Source: Minisyncoccota bacterium
GTDB taxonomy: Bacteria; Patescibacteriota; Minisyncoccia; Phycocordibacterales; DATDSR01
Assembly: GCA_036517655.1 (NCBI GenBank)
Contig: DATDVE010000013.1
Location: forward strand, 28,364-92,363
DNA length: 64,000 nucleotides
Direction of reading: 5' to 3'
The notes under the pieces were generated by a model that saw only the letters and a list, made by a program, of their open reading frames with translations, made no database searches and was not told where the DNA came from. The translations under genes and the position numbers were made by a program. Positions 1 through 8,956 of this stretch are shown one piece after another; within the stretch, counting starts at the first letter, position 1, and each line of letters opens with the position of its first letter.

Positions 1-443
1 TTACTAGTAACCGCGACAATACTACTTCAGTAGCTAACGATTTGCGCAAGCAATTCGGTCCGCACTATATTGCCGAGAGTCTCTACGGGCGGGCAAGGGC
101 AGATGGAGTAGATGCGGTGATCGAGTCTCTGCGCGCTCCGGCTGAGGTAGAATACTTGCGCAAGAAGGGCTTCTTCGAATTATGGGCAATTGACGCTCTC
201 CCACGGCGCCGTTATGTGTGGGTGAGCAAGAGGGGGAGCGCACTTGATAATATCTCATACGAGAAGTTCCTGGCTGACGAAGATCGCGAGATGCACTCGA
301 ATGACCCGACCAAACAAAATTTGTCGGCGTGCATTGCGCTTGCAAATGTTGTCTTTCGTAATGACAGCACTAAGGAAGGCCTCTGGCAGAAAGTAGACAA
401 AGAACTAGACAGAATCCGCAATTCGGTATATAATTCAGACTAG
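1..443 (+). CDS. Nucleotide/nucleoside kinase-like protein (P-loop kinase fold), 5' truncated by window edge
   Basis: Frame is open to position 1 and no P-loop lies within the window, so the N-terminus is missing. C-terminal region resembles dNMP/dephospho-CoA kinase-like proteins. GC-elevated. Confidence 0.3.
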   Translation, partial: TSNRDNTTSVANDLRKQFGPHYIAESLYGRARADGVDAVIESLRAPAEVEYLRKKGFFELWAIDALPRRRYVWVSKRGSALDNISYEKFLADEDREMHSNDPTKQNLSACIALANVVFRNDSTKEGLWQKVDKELDRIRNSVYNSD

Positions 444-476
444 AACGCTCGTAAGGGTTCGGGGAGGGCAAAGAAA

Positions 477-863
477 ATGAAGTTCGACCGAGAAGTGAAG
501 GGACCGAAGGGCCTCTTTGATCTGGTTCTCGACGTCGCGGCGGGCCGGATCTTCATCTCGCGAGAGCATCCGCTCACAGTGGCTGTCGATCTCATGGGAA
601 GCAAGAAGAATGTTGTGACTATCAGTCGTTACCACGGGCACCTACAGCCCCATTTCCGCACGCGGGGACAGGACGAGAGCGGAACTGCTCTGGCCGCGGC
701 CGTAAACGGGCTCGTGGGAGAGAGGAAGGGGATCCTAGTCGAGTCGGCGGATCGCCAGGTGTTCGAACTTGTTCACCACTGCTTGGTCGAGGTGACGGAT
801 CTTGGCACGAAAGTGATCGAGGTCAGGGAGCCGGAGTTCGGCCGGCCAGTGGCTGCGCCCTAG
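477..863 (+). CDS. Hypothetical protein (GC-rich island I)
   Basis: ATG preceded by GGGGAGGG SD. About 58% GC against the ~45% backbone. Followed by hairpin terminator 878-918. Confidence 0.4.
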   Translation: MKFDREVKGPKGLFDLVLDVAAGRIFISREHPLTVAVDLMGSKKNVVTISRYHGHLQPHFRTRGQDESGTALAAAVNGLVGERKGILVESADRQVFELVHHCLVEVTDLGTKVIEVREPEFGRPVAAP

Positions 864-877
864 GGCCGGGAGAATAG

Positions 878-930
878 GGGTCGCGTGATGGAGAGAATCT
901 TTCTCCGGAGCGCGACCCTCTTTATTTATT
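878..930. terminator. Bidirectional hairpin terminator between convergent genes
   Basis: GGGTCGCG...CGCGACCC stem followed by T-rich tract. Stop of the minus gene lies at 922-924. Confidence 0.5.
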
Positions 931-2259
931 ACGCCCGTGAGCGCGACCCTTGTCCGGACTTGATTTGTCGAGGGTTGTTGCGGGATTAAAGTATGTGTGG
1001 AGTTTGTCTATTGAGTTTGTGACGTCCGTGAGCGTGCCTACGATTGAGTAACAACGAAAGTTGTGCGTGCTACCGGCGATCACATTTCCACCGCGGAAGA
1101 CGCAATTCCATTTAACCGTGTCTGCGAATTTGAAGCGGCCATAACCGGCGCTTGGGAAGCTTGCTTCGGGCAAGTCTGGCGAGTACACGCCCATGGCGTA
1201 TTTCTTGTCTGGGGTTGAGAGGATCACCGGCAGGTTCTGTTCGCCCCGGCCGTCACTCAATGGAGCAAGTGTTTTCGTCGATGGGTTGTATGAATAGAAG
1301 CTAGAGAATGTTGGCGGCATGTACCCAGTAAGCGTTTCCCACACAGCTGATTTGTGAGCTTCGGGTACAAAAAAGCTTATTTTGTGTTCGATCACGTTTG
1401 GGATTCCGGCGAAGCCAATAGTGACAGTCTTATCAAGATAATGATTGGAAAGGTTAGTTTTGTTCTGGGCAGTGGTAAAGTTAGTATGGCCACAATTCCA
1501 GCCGTAAGGACTAAGAGCCTTGAGCCAGAAGGCCATCTGGGTACTTGCTTGCAACGAGTTGCTAGTTTTTGTGAGCTTGCGTAGCACGCTCGTGCTTACT
1601 AGGCCAGTGCCGTCGGGCGATGAGCCCGCTTCGGTGGGGTTGAAGCATTCACCTAGTCCATCATAAGAAGATGCGCTCTGAAGTTCGCGCCCATGATCGT
1701 AACTGTTGATAAATTCTTGGCCATTCCATTTAAGTGAACCGATTGCGCCTGCTAGGCGTTCGGTTGTTGTGATGGTGATGTTTGAGCCGTTGAATGGCAC
1801 AGAGATGCTTGAGTTGGCCGAGGGTCGTGCGCCAATTGTCTTGGGCGCACCGACTAGGACTGGGTTGCCGTCACCGTTTGTGTCAATAGCGTAAGCGTAA
1901 ATTTGGTGGTAGCCGATCTTGTATCTATCTGGTAGTTGCCACGAGAATCCGTGGTTGCCAGGGTACTTAGTGACCTTGTTCACGTCCGGCCTAGCAATAT
2001 TGGCGGTGGCAGAGCCAATGAGTAAACCAGATCCCGCTGGCCCATTGGCGTAGAAGTGTACAGCGATGCTCTTGGTGGGTGCATCAGGGTCAAGGGCCCA
2101 ACCCCAAACTTTGCCTGTGCCCTGATCTACCCCGTCGAGATGGCCGATAGATTTAGAGCCAGCGCTTGCAGGCAAGGAGACACCTAGTAAGAAAATAAAG
2201 GCGCTGACAAACAAGACTGTTTTTGTCTTTTTCATGTGACCCAAACTACGCTCTTGCAA
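922..2259 (-). CDS. Secreted hypothetical protein
   Basis: N-terminal signal peptide MKKTKTVLFVSAFIFLLGVSLPASA, 445 aa, no recognisable catalytic motif. Confidence 0.55.
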   Translation of the reverse strand: MQERSLGHMKKTKTVLFVSAFIFLLGVSLPASAGSKSIGHLDGVDQGTGKVWGWALDPDAPTKSIAVHFYANGPAGSGLLIGSATANIARPDVNKVTKYPGNHGFSWQLPDRYKIGYHQIYAYAIDTNGDGNPVLVGAPKTIGARPSANSSISVPFNGSNITITTTERLAGAIGSLKWNGQEFINSYDHGRELQSASSYDGLGECFNPTEAGSSPDGTGLVSTSVLRKLTKTSNSLQASTQMAFWLKALSPYGWNCGHTNFTTAQNKTNLSNHYLDKTVTIGFAGIPNVIEHKISFFVPEAHKSAVWETLTGYMPPTFSSFYSYNPSTKTLAPLSDGRGEQNLPVILSTPDKKYAMGVYSPDLPEASFPSAGYGRFKFADTVKWNCVFRGGNVIAGSTHNFRCYSIVGTLTDVTNSIDKLHTYFNPATTLDKSSPDKGRAHGRNK

Positions 2260-2288
2260 AATTTTGTCAAGCGGAGTAGTTTACGAAT

Positions 2289-3350
2289 ATGACAAACAAA
2301 CTAATTCTCACAGGTCTCCTCTCGGGCCTCATTTTAGTGCCTGGCTTAGTTAGCGCCCAGTATTACACTGGTATGTATCCTCAGTACCAGAGCCAGTACC
2401 AGACTTATCCGTACACTTACGGATACAATTACGGTCAGGTTTTGGGAGCTTCCTACTATCCTTATCAGCAATATCAACCTGGTTGCAACTTCACAGTTAA
2501 TCTTTCGCTTGGTTCTACACATCCACAAGTGGCTGATCTAAATAGGATGTTAGGTATAGGAGAGGGATCGTATTTTGGCGCGGCCACTTATAACGCAGTT
2601 GTGCGTTTCCAGAATCAATATGCAAGCGAAGTGCTCTATCCTGCAGGTCTCACGTCTGGGACAGGCTTCGTGGGTTCGTTCACGCGCAACAAATTAAATT
2701 CACTTTGCAACGGACAATCCAGTTTGCAAATGGGAATGAGCATGTACGGCGGCTATCCATATTACGGACAAGTTGCTGGTGCATACTACAATGCGTATCC
2801 GTATTACAACTACCCAACATATCCTACTTACCCCACGTATCCAACTTATGGCACACCTACTCTTAACTTCTACGCCTCAAACACGAATGTTAATTACAAC
2901 GACGTAGTGACATTAAACTGGAACGGCACAAATATTTCGTCATGCAACGCAAGCAGCGGTTGGAGCGGCAGCAAAAGCATAAGTGGCACGGAGTCGCGCA
3001 CTATTAGTTCGGGCACTAACTTTACTCTCACGTGTTATGGCACAAATGGCGAGCAAGTCACGCGCAACGTCTATGTGAGCACAAGCGGTACTAACACTGG
3101 CAATATAAGCATCAACTTCTATGCCAATCCGGCCAACGTTTACTCGGGGGGTAGTACTACACTCTATTGGACTACAACCGGTGCCAATAACTGCACGGCA
3201 TCTGGTATAAACTGGTCAGGTTCAAGGGGGACTTCTGGCAACGAAGTGGTTTACAATCTAACGTCTACTCGCACTTACACTCTCTCTTGTTCCAACTCTT
3301 CTGGTCAGAGTGCAACCCAAAGTGCCACTGTGGGAGTTCTATCCAATTAG
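2289..3350 (+). CDS. Secreted protein with Tyr/Gln/Pro-rich low-complexity segments, putative peptidoglycan-binding-like domain and Ig-like repeats
   Basis: Signal peptide. YPQYQSQYQTYPYTYGYNYG and YPTYPTYPTYPTYG tracts. CNFTVNLSLG...PAGLTSGTGFVGSF domain shared with ORF 42325-45807. Repeated TLNWNGTNISSCNASSGWSGSKS-like Ig-fold modules. Confidence 0.6.
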   Translation: MTNKLILTGLLSGLILVPGLVSAQYYTGMYPQYQSQYQTYPYTYGYNYGQVLGASYYPYQQYQPGCNFTVNLSLGSTHPQVADLNRMLGIGEGSYFGAATYNAVVRFQNQYASEVLYPAGLTSGTGFVGSFTRNKLNSLCNGQSSLQMGMSMYGGYPYYGQVAGAYYNAYPYYNYPTYPTYPTYPTYGTPTLNFYASNTNVNYNDVVTLNWNGTNISSCNASSGWSGSKSISGTESRTISSGTNFTLTCYGTNGEQVTRNVYVSTSGTNTGNISINFYANPANVYSGGSTTLYWTTTGANNCTASGINWSGSRGTSGNEVVYNLTSTRTYTLSCSNSSGQSATQSATVGVLSN

Positions 3351-4285
3351 TGACAAACAAGCGAAGGACGAAACTTAGAATCGCTGTTTTATCCGGCGGA
3401 CCCGGAAGTGAGAGGGAGGTAAGTCTAGATTCTGGAAGGAATGTAGTTAGAGCGCTGGAAACTGGAGAAAACAAGTCTAGGTATATAGTAATACCTCTTA
3501 AGTTTCGCGATCCTCGATTACTTATGTCCAGACTCCAGCGCATCCAGCCTCATGTTGTTTTTCCAGTGTTGCACGGCGAGTTTGGCGAAGATGGCAAAGT
3601 TCAGGCTCTTCTGGAAGTATTCGGCAAGCCATATATCGGCTCGAGAGTGCTTGCCTCGGCGCTTGCGATGGATAAAGTGATTTCATCCAAACTTTTGCAC
3701 GCCGAGGGCGTGCGCGTTCCTAAGGAAATCACCCCGCGAAGCCAAGTAAATTTATTTGGCGGAGTGGGGTCATGTATTGTGAAGCCAAGGAACGGAGGCT
3801 CGAGCGTGGGGGTCTCGATAGTAAGAAATAAAAAAGACTTACAAAAAGCTATTAAGTTAGCCGAAAGAGAGGGCGAACCACTGGTTCAGGAATATCTATC
3901 GGGCAGAGAGTTCACTTGCGGGGTGCTCGAATTTGCGAAGGGCAAACCCAGCGCCCTGCCTGTGACAGAGATTATCCCCAAGAGTAAGTTCTTCGACTAC
4001 AAAGCCAAGTACATGAAGGGCGGTAGCGAAGAGATTACGCCGGCCGGTATATCGAGAAAGTTAACGGAAGAAATTCAACAGAGAGCTTTGCTTGCTCATA
4101 AAGTTTTGGCTTGCCGACATATATCTCGATCAGATTTTATATATTCGCGAGGCAAGCTCTATTATCTCGAGACCAACACCATGCCCGGCATGACGAGCAC
4201 GTCACTCATCCCGCAAGCCGTAAGAGCAGCCAAAATGACGATGCCCGAATTCTGCGATCGCTTAGTCCAAGCTACTCTTCAGTAA
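3350..4285 (+). CDS. ddl: D-alanine--D-alanine ligase (ATP-grasp)
   Basis: IAVLSGGPGSEREVSLDSG N-terminus plus ATP-grasp motifs. Start is probably the GTG at 3350 immediately after the upstream stop; the ORF-track start at 3287 overlaps the previous gene. Confidence 0.8.
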   Translation: MTNKRRTKLRIAVLSGGPGSEREVSLDSGRNVVRALETGENKSRYIVIPLKFRDPRLLMSRLQRIQPHVVFPVLHGEFGEDGKVQALLEVFGKPYIGSRVLASALAMDKVISSKLLHAEGVRVPKEITPRSQVNLFGGVGSCIVKPRNGGSSVGVSIVRNKKDLQKAIKLAEREGEPLVQEYLSGREFTCGVLEFAKGKPSALPVTEIIPKSKFFDYKAKYMKGGSEEITPAGISRKLTEEIQQRALLAHKVLACRHISRSDFIYSRGKLYYLETNTMPGMTSTSLIPQAVRAAKMTMPEFCDRLVQATLQ

Positions 4286-4341
4286 CTCACCCTACCCTCT
4301 CTTATAGATAAGAGAGGGCGAGACAGAGTCCGGGTGAGTTA
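4283..4341. mobile_element. MITE-like palindromic element copy 1
   Basis: TIR TAACTCACCC (4283-4292) / GGGTGAGTTA (4332-4341). Internal 24-bp palindrome CCCTCTCTTATAGATAAGAGAGGG. Its first TAA is the ddl stop codon. Confidence 0.8.
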
Positions 4342-4356
4342 TGTTAAGATACTATA

Positions 4357-5343
4357 ATGAAATCCTTTGATTTTATCGCGGTTGGAGATATTGTGGCGGA
4401 TGCTTTTATACGCCTTTCTGTGGCTGAAGAGCATTTGAATAAGCATGCTCCGGAACTCTGCATGCCCTTTGCCACCAAGATTCCTTACGAATCTGTTGCG
4501 GAAATTTTGGCTGTGGGTAATTGCGCTAACGCGGCTGTGGCCGCCGCCCGCCTTGGCTTATCAAGTGCCCTCGTTTCTAATCAAGGCGACGACGAGATAG
4601 CCAAGAAGCAACGGGAAGTACTTGTGAGTGAGAAAGTGGGAGATGAGTTTGTGATTGATCACTCCGGAATGAAGAGTAATTATCACTACGTTTTGTGGTT
4701 CAAAGATGATCGCACTATCCTAGTCAAACACGAAGATTATCCGTATACGTTGCCGGATATAGGCGAGCCGAAGTGGCTATATATAACTTCTCTTGGTCCT
4801 AAATCTTTGGATTTTCATAAAATTCTTGAATCGTACATCGTGAATCATAATTCTATCCAGCTCGCTTTCCAGCCGGGCACGTTTCAGATCAAAATGAGCA
4901 AGGAGTTGATGGGGTTGTATAAACTTGCCAAAATTTTCTTCTGCAATATCGAAGAGGCCCAGTTAATCCTCAACACAAAAATTGAAGACCCAAAATTACT
5001 TATGCAAAAGTTGCACGAACTGGGGCCCGAGATAGTGTGTCTGACTGATGGACCCAATGGCGCATATGCCTTGGATGGGAAGACGGGCGAAGCTTGGACT
5101 ATAAGCACGTATCCAGATCCCAAGCCCCCCTTTGATCGCACGGGTGCGGGCGATGCGTTTGCCAGCACATTCACATGTGCAATTGCTCTAGGTAAATCTA
5201 TCCCCGAAGCCCTCGCCTGGGCGCCCATTAACTCAATGAATGTTGTGCAATATGTAGGAGCACGCGAAGGACTGCTGACACGAGAGAAACTTGAAGAGTA
5301 TCTGGCAAATGCCCCGAGTGCCTACAAGGCAGCTAAACTTTAA
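4357..5343 (+). CDS. PfkB-family carbohydrate/nucleoside kinase (ribokinase-like)
   Basis: C-terminal GAGDAFASTF anion-hole motif typical of PfkB kinases. 328 aa. Confidence 0.8.
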   Translation: MKSFDFIAVGDIVADAFIRLSVAEEHLNKHAPELCMPFATKIPYESVAEILAVGNCANAAVAAARLGLSSALVSNQGDDEIAKKQREVLVSEKVGDEFVIDHSGMKSNYHYVLWFKDDRTILVKHEDYPYTLPDIGEPKWLYITSLGPKSLDFHKILESYIVNHNSIQLAFQPGTFQIKMSKELMGLYKLAKIFFCNIEEAQLILNTKIEDPKLLMQKLHELGPEIVCLTDGPNGAYALDGKTGEAWTISTYPDPKPPFDRTGAGDAFASTFTCAIALGKSIPEALAWAPINSMNVVQYVGAREGLLTREKLEEYLANAPSAYKAAKL

Positions 5344-5360
5344 TTATCCACTTTGTAGAT

Positions 5361-5400
5361 CAAGTAAAATTAGTGAGCGATCGCTCACTAATTTTACTTG
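5361..5400. terminator. Perfect 40-bp palindrome (20+20) between convergent genes; bidirectional terminator or operator
   Basis: CAAGTAAAATTAGTGAGCGA|TCGCTCACTAATTTTACTTG centred on GCGATCGC. Confidence 0.5.
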
Positions 5401-5407
5401 ATTTATT

Positions 5408-5986
5408 TCACTTGAGATCGAACTCTTCTCGCAACCAGTGATCATTTTCTAGTTTGTCTACTTCTAAATAAAGAACTTCTCTTCCCAACTCGTATTTCCG
5501 TTTGATCAGAGTGATAACATCAGCGCAAGGGTATGGATGAACCCACGCACTTTTTTGTAACGACACAAAGCCGAGGGCAATTAAAGTTGAACGCAGCTCC
5601 TCACGTGTACTTTTTTTAAATTCCGGAATATCAAACATTACGACTCGCCAGTTTCCGTCCCAGTTCCAAGGTTTCTTAATAGAAAGAGTTTTTAACTGAT
5701 ATCCAGTTGCAAGTTTTTCCCCTTTGTCTGTCAGTTCGTATCCTGTGCGATTTCCTTTTTTCACCTTTTTCAACAGTCCTCGATCCACCAGATCTTGCGC
5801 GACACGGTGCATGTACCATTCTTTTCGCTTAGATTCATCTATTCCTAAAATTTGTAACGCGTTTGGAGCCATCACGGCCACAGCAAGGAAACCTACTACG
5901 CCAACAGAATATAGAATTGTTTGTGCAATTTTCCCGATTCTCTTATTGTTTCGATAATCCCTAAGTTCTTTCGAAGTAAACGCCAT
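5408..5986 (-). CDS. PaaX-like/Cas2-fold wHTH regulator with N-terminal TM helix
   Basis: WDGNWRVVMFDIPEFKKSTREELRSTLIALGFVSLQKSAWVHPYP resembles the PaaX C-terminal (Cas2-like) domain. TGYELTDKGEKL wHTH. Hydrophobic stretch near the N-terminus. Confidence 0.4.
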   Translation of the reverse strand: MAFTSKELRDYRNNKRIGKIAQTILYSVGVVGFLAVAVMAPNALQILGIDESKRKEWYMHRVAQDLVDRGLLKKVKKGNRTGYELTDKGEKLATGYQLKTLSIKKPWNWDGNWRVVMFDIPEFKKSTREELRSTLIALGFVSLQKSAWVHPYPCADVITLIKRKYELGREVLYLEVDKLENDHWLREEFDLK

Positions 5987-6000
5987 TATTACAGGTTATT

Positions 6001-6312
6001 TTGTATGGTAAAATTAGTATGCTATCGCTCTCTAATTTTACCATTGGCACTCTTAATTATCCAGATAGTATGGCGGAGGAGGTTCGGATAATGGATAACT
6101 TCGTGCAGCACCCAGACAATGAAGTGCAGCAGGCGATCACGAGACTCGCAGACGCACTCTGTTCGTGGGAGAGGAGTACAGGACTACAATCGGTGTTAAT
6201 TATCCGAGAACAAGGTGATCCAGGGTTCGTTTTTCGAGCAATGTCGGGCAAGCCAGGGATTCCCGATGACATAACGGATCAGCAGATGGTGGATACGATA
6301 CGCCGGGGATAG
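6001..6312 (+). CDS. Hypothetical small protein
   Basis: ORF only. Followed by hairpin GTACCCGGG...CCCGGGTAC (6328-6359). Confidence 0.3.
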   Translation: MYGKISMLSLSNFTIGTLNYPDSMAEEVRIMDNFVQHPDNEVQQAITRLADALCSWERSTGLQSVLIIREQGDPGFVFRAMSGKPGIPDDITDQQMVDTIRRG

Positions 6313-6378
6313 GTGGCCCGTCATGAGTACCCGGGTCTGTGGTAGCAGGCCCGGGTACTTACAATTTTATGATACTAT

Positions 6379-6873
6379 TTGATTCTAATGATTCTACGGG
6401 TAATCAAGAGAGTTTTTGGTGAGACGCGATATTTTTTTATTTCTCTTTTTGCTTTTCTTATTCTGATTGTACTGGCTGCTTGGCTGCCTAATCTTGCACT
6501 CGTCAAAGTTATTCCCTTGGGCTTGATCAGCGCTTTACCCAGCACCCTCGGATTAATTCAGTTTGCATATCTATTAATTGTGAGTATGTTATTTAGCATC
6601 AGCTTGAGCTTCAGCATTTACTATATTAAGCACTCTGGTTTGCTTGCCCGCCGAAGCCTTGGCGTAGGTGGGAGCGGTTTAGTCCTTGCCGTGCTCGGCT
6701 TAGGTTGTGCCTCTTGCGGTTCTCTAGTCCTTACCCCGGTACTGGGACTTGCCGCTGGCGGTTTCCTTGCCTTCTTGCCACTGCGTGGTTTCGAGATTGC
6801 CGGTTTGGGTCTAACCCTGCTTGCATATTCCTTTTACAACTTAGCCAGAAAGATAGATAATCCGTACACATAA
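6379..6873 (+). CDS. Integral membrane protein
   Basis: Multiple hydrophobic helices. Stop overlaps the start of the next ORF (TAAATG). Confidence 0.5.
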   Translation: MILMILRVIKRVFGETRYFFISLFAFLILIVLAAWLPNLALVKVIPLGLISALPSTLGLIQFAYLLIVSMLFSISLSFSIYYIKHSGLLARRSLGVGGSGLVLAVLGLGCASCGSLVLTPVLGLAAGGFLAFLPLRGFEIAGLGLTLLAYSFYNLARKIDNPYT

Positions 6874-7362
6874 ATGGATCAGGTAGAAAATGTAAAAAAT
6901 GAGGAGTTAATTAGGCAAATACAGAAGCCGGAAAGGAAAGTTGCAAGACCTAAGCGATTTAAATTCTTGGCAATTCTGATTGTTTTAATTCTCGCGTTAC
7001 TCGTTACAAATTACGCGTACCAATATTTTGGCTACTACACTATTTCAGAGCAAGCCATCCACTGGCATGCGCACTTAATTATTCGCGATAAGGGGAAGTA
7101 CGTGCCTATTCCGGCGTCTGTCGGGTTGCTTAGGGACACAGCTCATCCGGAGAACTTGCACACTCACAGCGATGACAATATTATCCACATGGAGATAGAA
7201 GGACCAGTACGGGCAAGGCAAGTGATGCTCGGTGCGTTCTTCGGAGTTTGGGGCGAAGATTTCGGCAACCCGGTAAGCCTATTGGTGAACGGCAGCCCGG
7301 TGAGTGCCGGCGAGGATTATGTCATGCACGATGGTGACGAGATCGAGCTTAACTACGAGTAA
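6874..7362 (+). CDS. Membrane-anchored His-rich hypothetical protein
   Basis: N-terminal TM. HWHAHL and HTHSDDNIIHME His clusters suggest possible metal binding. Translationally coupled to the upstream gene. Confidence 0.45.
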   Translation: MDQVENVKNEELIRQIQKPERKVARPKRFKFLAILIVLILALLVTNYAYQYFGYYTISEQAIHWHAHLIIRDKGKYVPIPASVGLLRDTAHPENLHTHSDDNIIHMEIEGPVRARQVMLGAFFGVWGEDFGNPVSLLVNGSPVSAGEDYVMHDGDEIELNYE

Positions 7363-7427
7363 ACTTGTAAGAATTTGATTGCCAAAGCGTCTCCTATCTT
7401 AACAATAGCAATAATTAAATAATCTGT

Positions 7428-8264
7428 ATGGACGACATTCAAAGAGATAGGTCCCGTTTAATGAAGTCAGTAACGGCTTTCGTATGGATACTCTGCGCGG
7501 TGGCTGTGGCCTCCTTCCTTGTTCTGCTCAACTACAACAAAGCCGTGGACTCTTACGATAAGAGTACTATTACAGTGCAGGGCACTGCGGAGCGATTCGT
7601 GACGCCGGATATTGCCACTATATCTTTCGAGGTAAGCGAGACAGCCAAGACTGTATCTGCCGCTCAAGACTTGGCTACACAGAAAATGAACAAAGTGGTT
7701 GCTTACCTTAAAGAAAGTAGCGTAGACGAGAAGGATATTCGCACCACGGGTTATCAAGTTTACCCGGAGTATGAATATTTCTACGAATTCGACGGCGTGC
7801 GTTGTTTGTCCAACTATTGTCCGCCACCGTACGTATACAAAAATGAGATCAAGAGTTATCGGGTAGCGCAATCTGTGCAGGTGAAGGTGCGCAAAATAGA
7901 TGATGCCGGCAAGATTCTATCTGGCATCGGTGGATTCCAGGTGAGCAATGTTTCGGGCCTCTCGTTCGAAGTTGAGGATATTGAGAATGTGCGCGAGGCA
8001 GTCAAGAATGAGGCTATCAAAGATGCCCGAGCCAAGGCCAAAGAACGTGCCAAGTCACTCGGTGTGAGCCTCGGAGATATAGTGTCAGTAAGTGACGACG
8101 GTTACTATCCGATCTATTACGGTAAGGCCGTAGCTATGGACAGTAGCCTTGCCATATCCGAAGGCAGGGGAGGTGGAGGCGACGCCATGCCGGTTCCGCC
8201 AGAAGTGCCAGCCGGAGAGAATCAAATAGTCTCTAACGTAACAATAGTCTTCGAAATCAAATAA
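7428..8264 (+). CDS. SIMPL-domain (DUF541) protein
   Basis: TITVQGTAERFVTPDIATISFEV start and overall pattern typical of the SIMPL/26-kDa periplasmic immunogenic protein family. N-terminal TM. Confidence 0.7.
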   Translation: MDDIQRDRSRLMKSVTAFVWILCAVAVASFLVLLNYNKAVDSYDKSTITVQGTAERFVTPDIATISFEVSETAKTVSAAQDLATQKMNKVVAYLKESSVDEKDIRTTGYQVYPEYEYFYEFDGVRCLSNYCPPPYVYKNEIKSYRVAQSVQVKVRKIDDAGKILSGIGGFQVSNVSGLSFEVEDIENVREAVKNEAIKDARAKAKERAKSLGVSLGDIVSVSDDGYYPIYYGKAVAMDSSLAISEGRGGGGDAMPVPPEVPAGENQIVSNVTIVFEIK

Positions 8265-8442
8265 CACTCAACATTGCGATTGACGCAACATCTCCGTACC
8301 CGCGGTCGGTCCACCACGTTGTTGACTTAGAGAGCGAATAATGTAACTTTGGATACAGAGTAGCTCACTCTCATTGGGGCGACCCGGTGAGAAAATCCAC
8401 CAGCGATGGCTTCCGAGCGATCGGAGGAAAAGGAGAAGCTAG

Positions 8443-8871
8443 ATGATCACTCTGGCGATGATGGTAGCGTTCGTAAAGGGTAGGGATATGCTCGAGGCGG
8501 CGCCTAAGTTGCTCGATCGTATCCTGCGGGGGTTGAACGCTGTTCGCAAGCAGTTGAAACCGGAGACAGCCGATCTTGTTTTTGACATGCATCCTCCGGG
8601 GTGTCATGCGGGGTTTCATTACAGCATAAGCCTTAACTCCGGACAGTTCGGTGGGTACCGACTCTTCAGGTGCCCCTGTGTCTATGAAGGCCAAAACATC
8701 TATCATCCCTGGGTGCGGTTCGATGCTCCGGAAGGTGAGGAAGAGCTTCTGCTCCTGTTCTCCTTCTTTCCCTACGCCTTCGAGCAGATCTCTGAGCACT
8801 GTGGGCCTGGGTTCGACAAGATCTTGGCTGAACGTAGGAGAGCGGTGCTTGACCTCGGTGAGTATTTCTAG
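8443..8871 (+). CDS. Hypothetical Cys/His-containing protein (GC-rich island II)
   Basis: GGAGGAAAAGGAG SD upstream of the ATG. HPPGCHAGFH and CPCVYEG motifs. About 60% GC. Confidence 0.45.
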   Translation: MITLAMMVAFVKGRDMLEAAPKLLDRILRGLNAVRKQLKPETADLVFDMHPPGCHAGFHYSISLNSGQFGGYRLFRCPCVYEGQNIYHPWVRFDAPEGEEELLLLFSFFPYAFEQISEHCGPGFDKILAERRRAVLDLGEYF

Positions 8872-8956
8872 TGTCTGGGCGGCCCTTCGTGGGGCCGCCT
8901 TCGCCATTTGGCAGTTCGACCGCTATGTGCTAGCTTTGGGCCAGAGGAGGATTGCC

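Noticed and set aside
34-345. 103-aa minus-strand ORF at window start
   Set aside because: Overlaps the better-supported plus-strand kinase-like frame. Arg/Ser-rich composition.
3287-3349. ORF-track start of ddl overlapping the upstream gene
   Set aside because: Homology starts at KLRIAVLSGG. GTG at 3350 directly after the upstream stop is the likelier start.
8350-8400. GGGGCGACCCGG... as a tmRNA 5' end
   Set aside because: No TTCGACGG-like T-arm or tag-peptide reading frame. Lies inside GC-rich island II.
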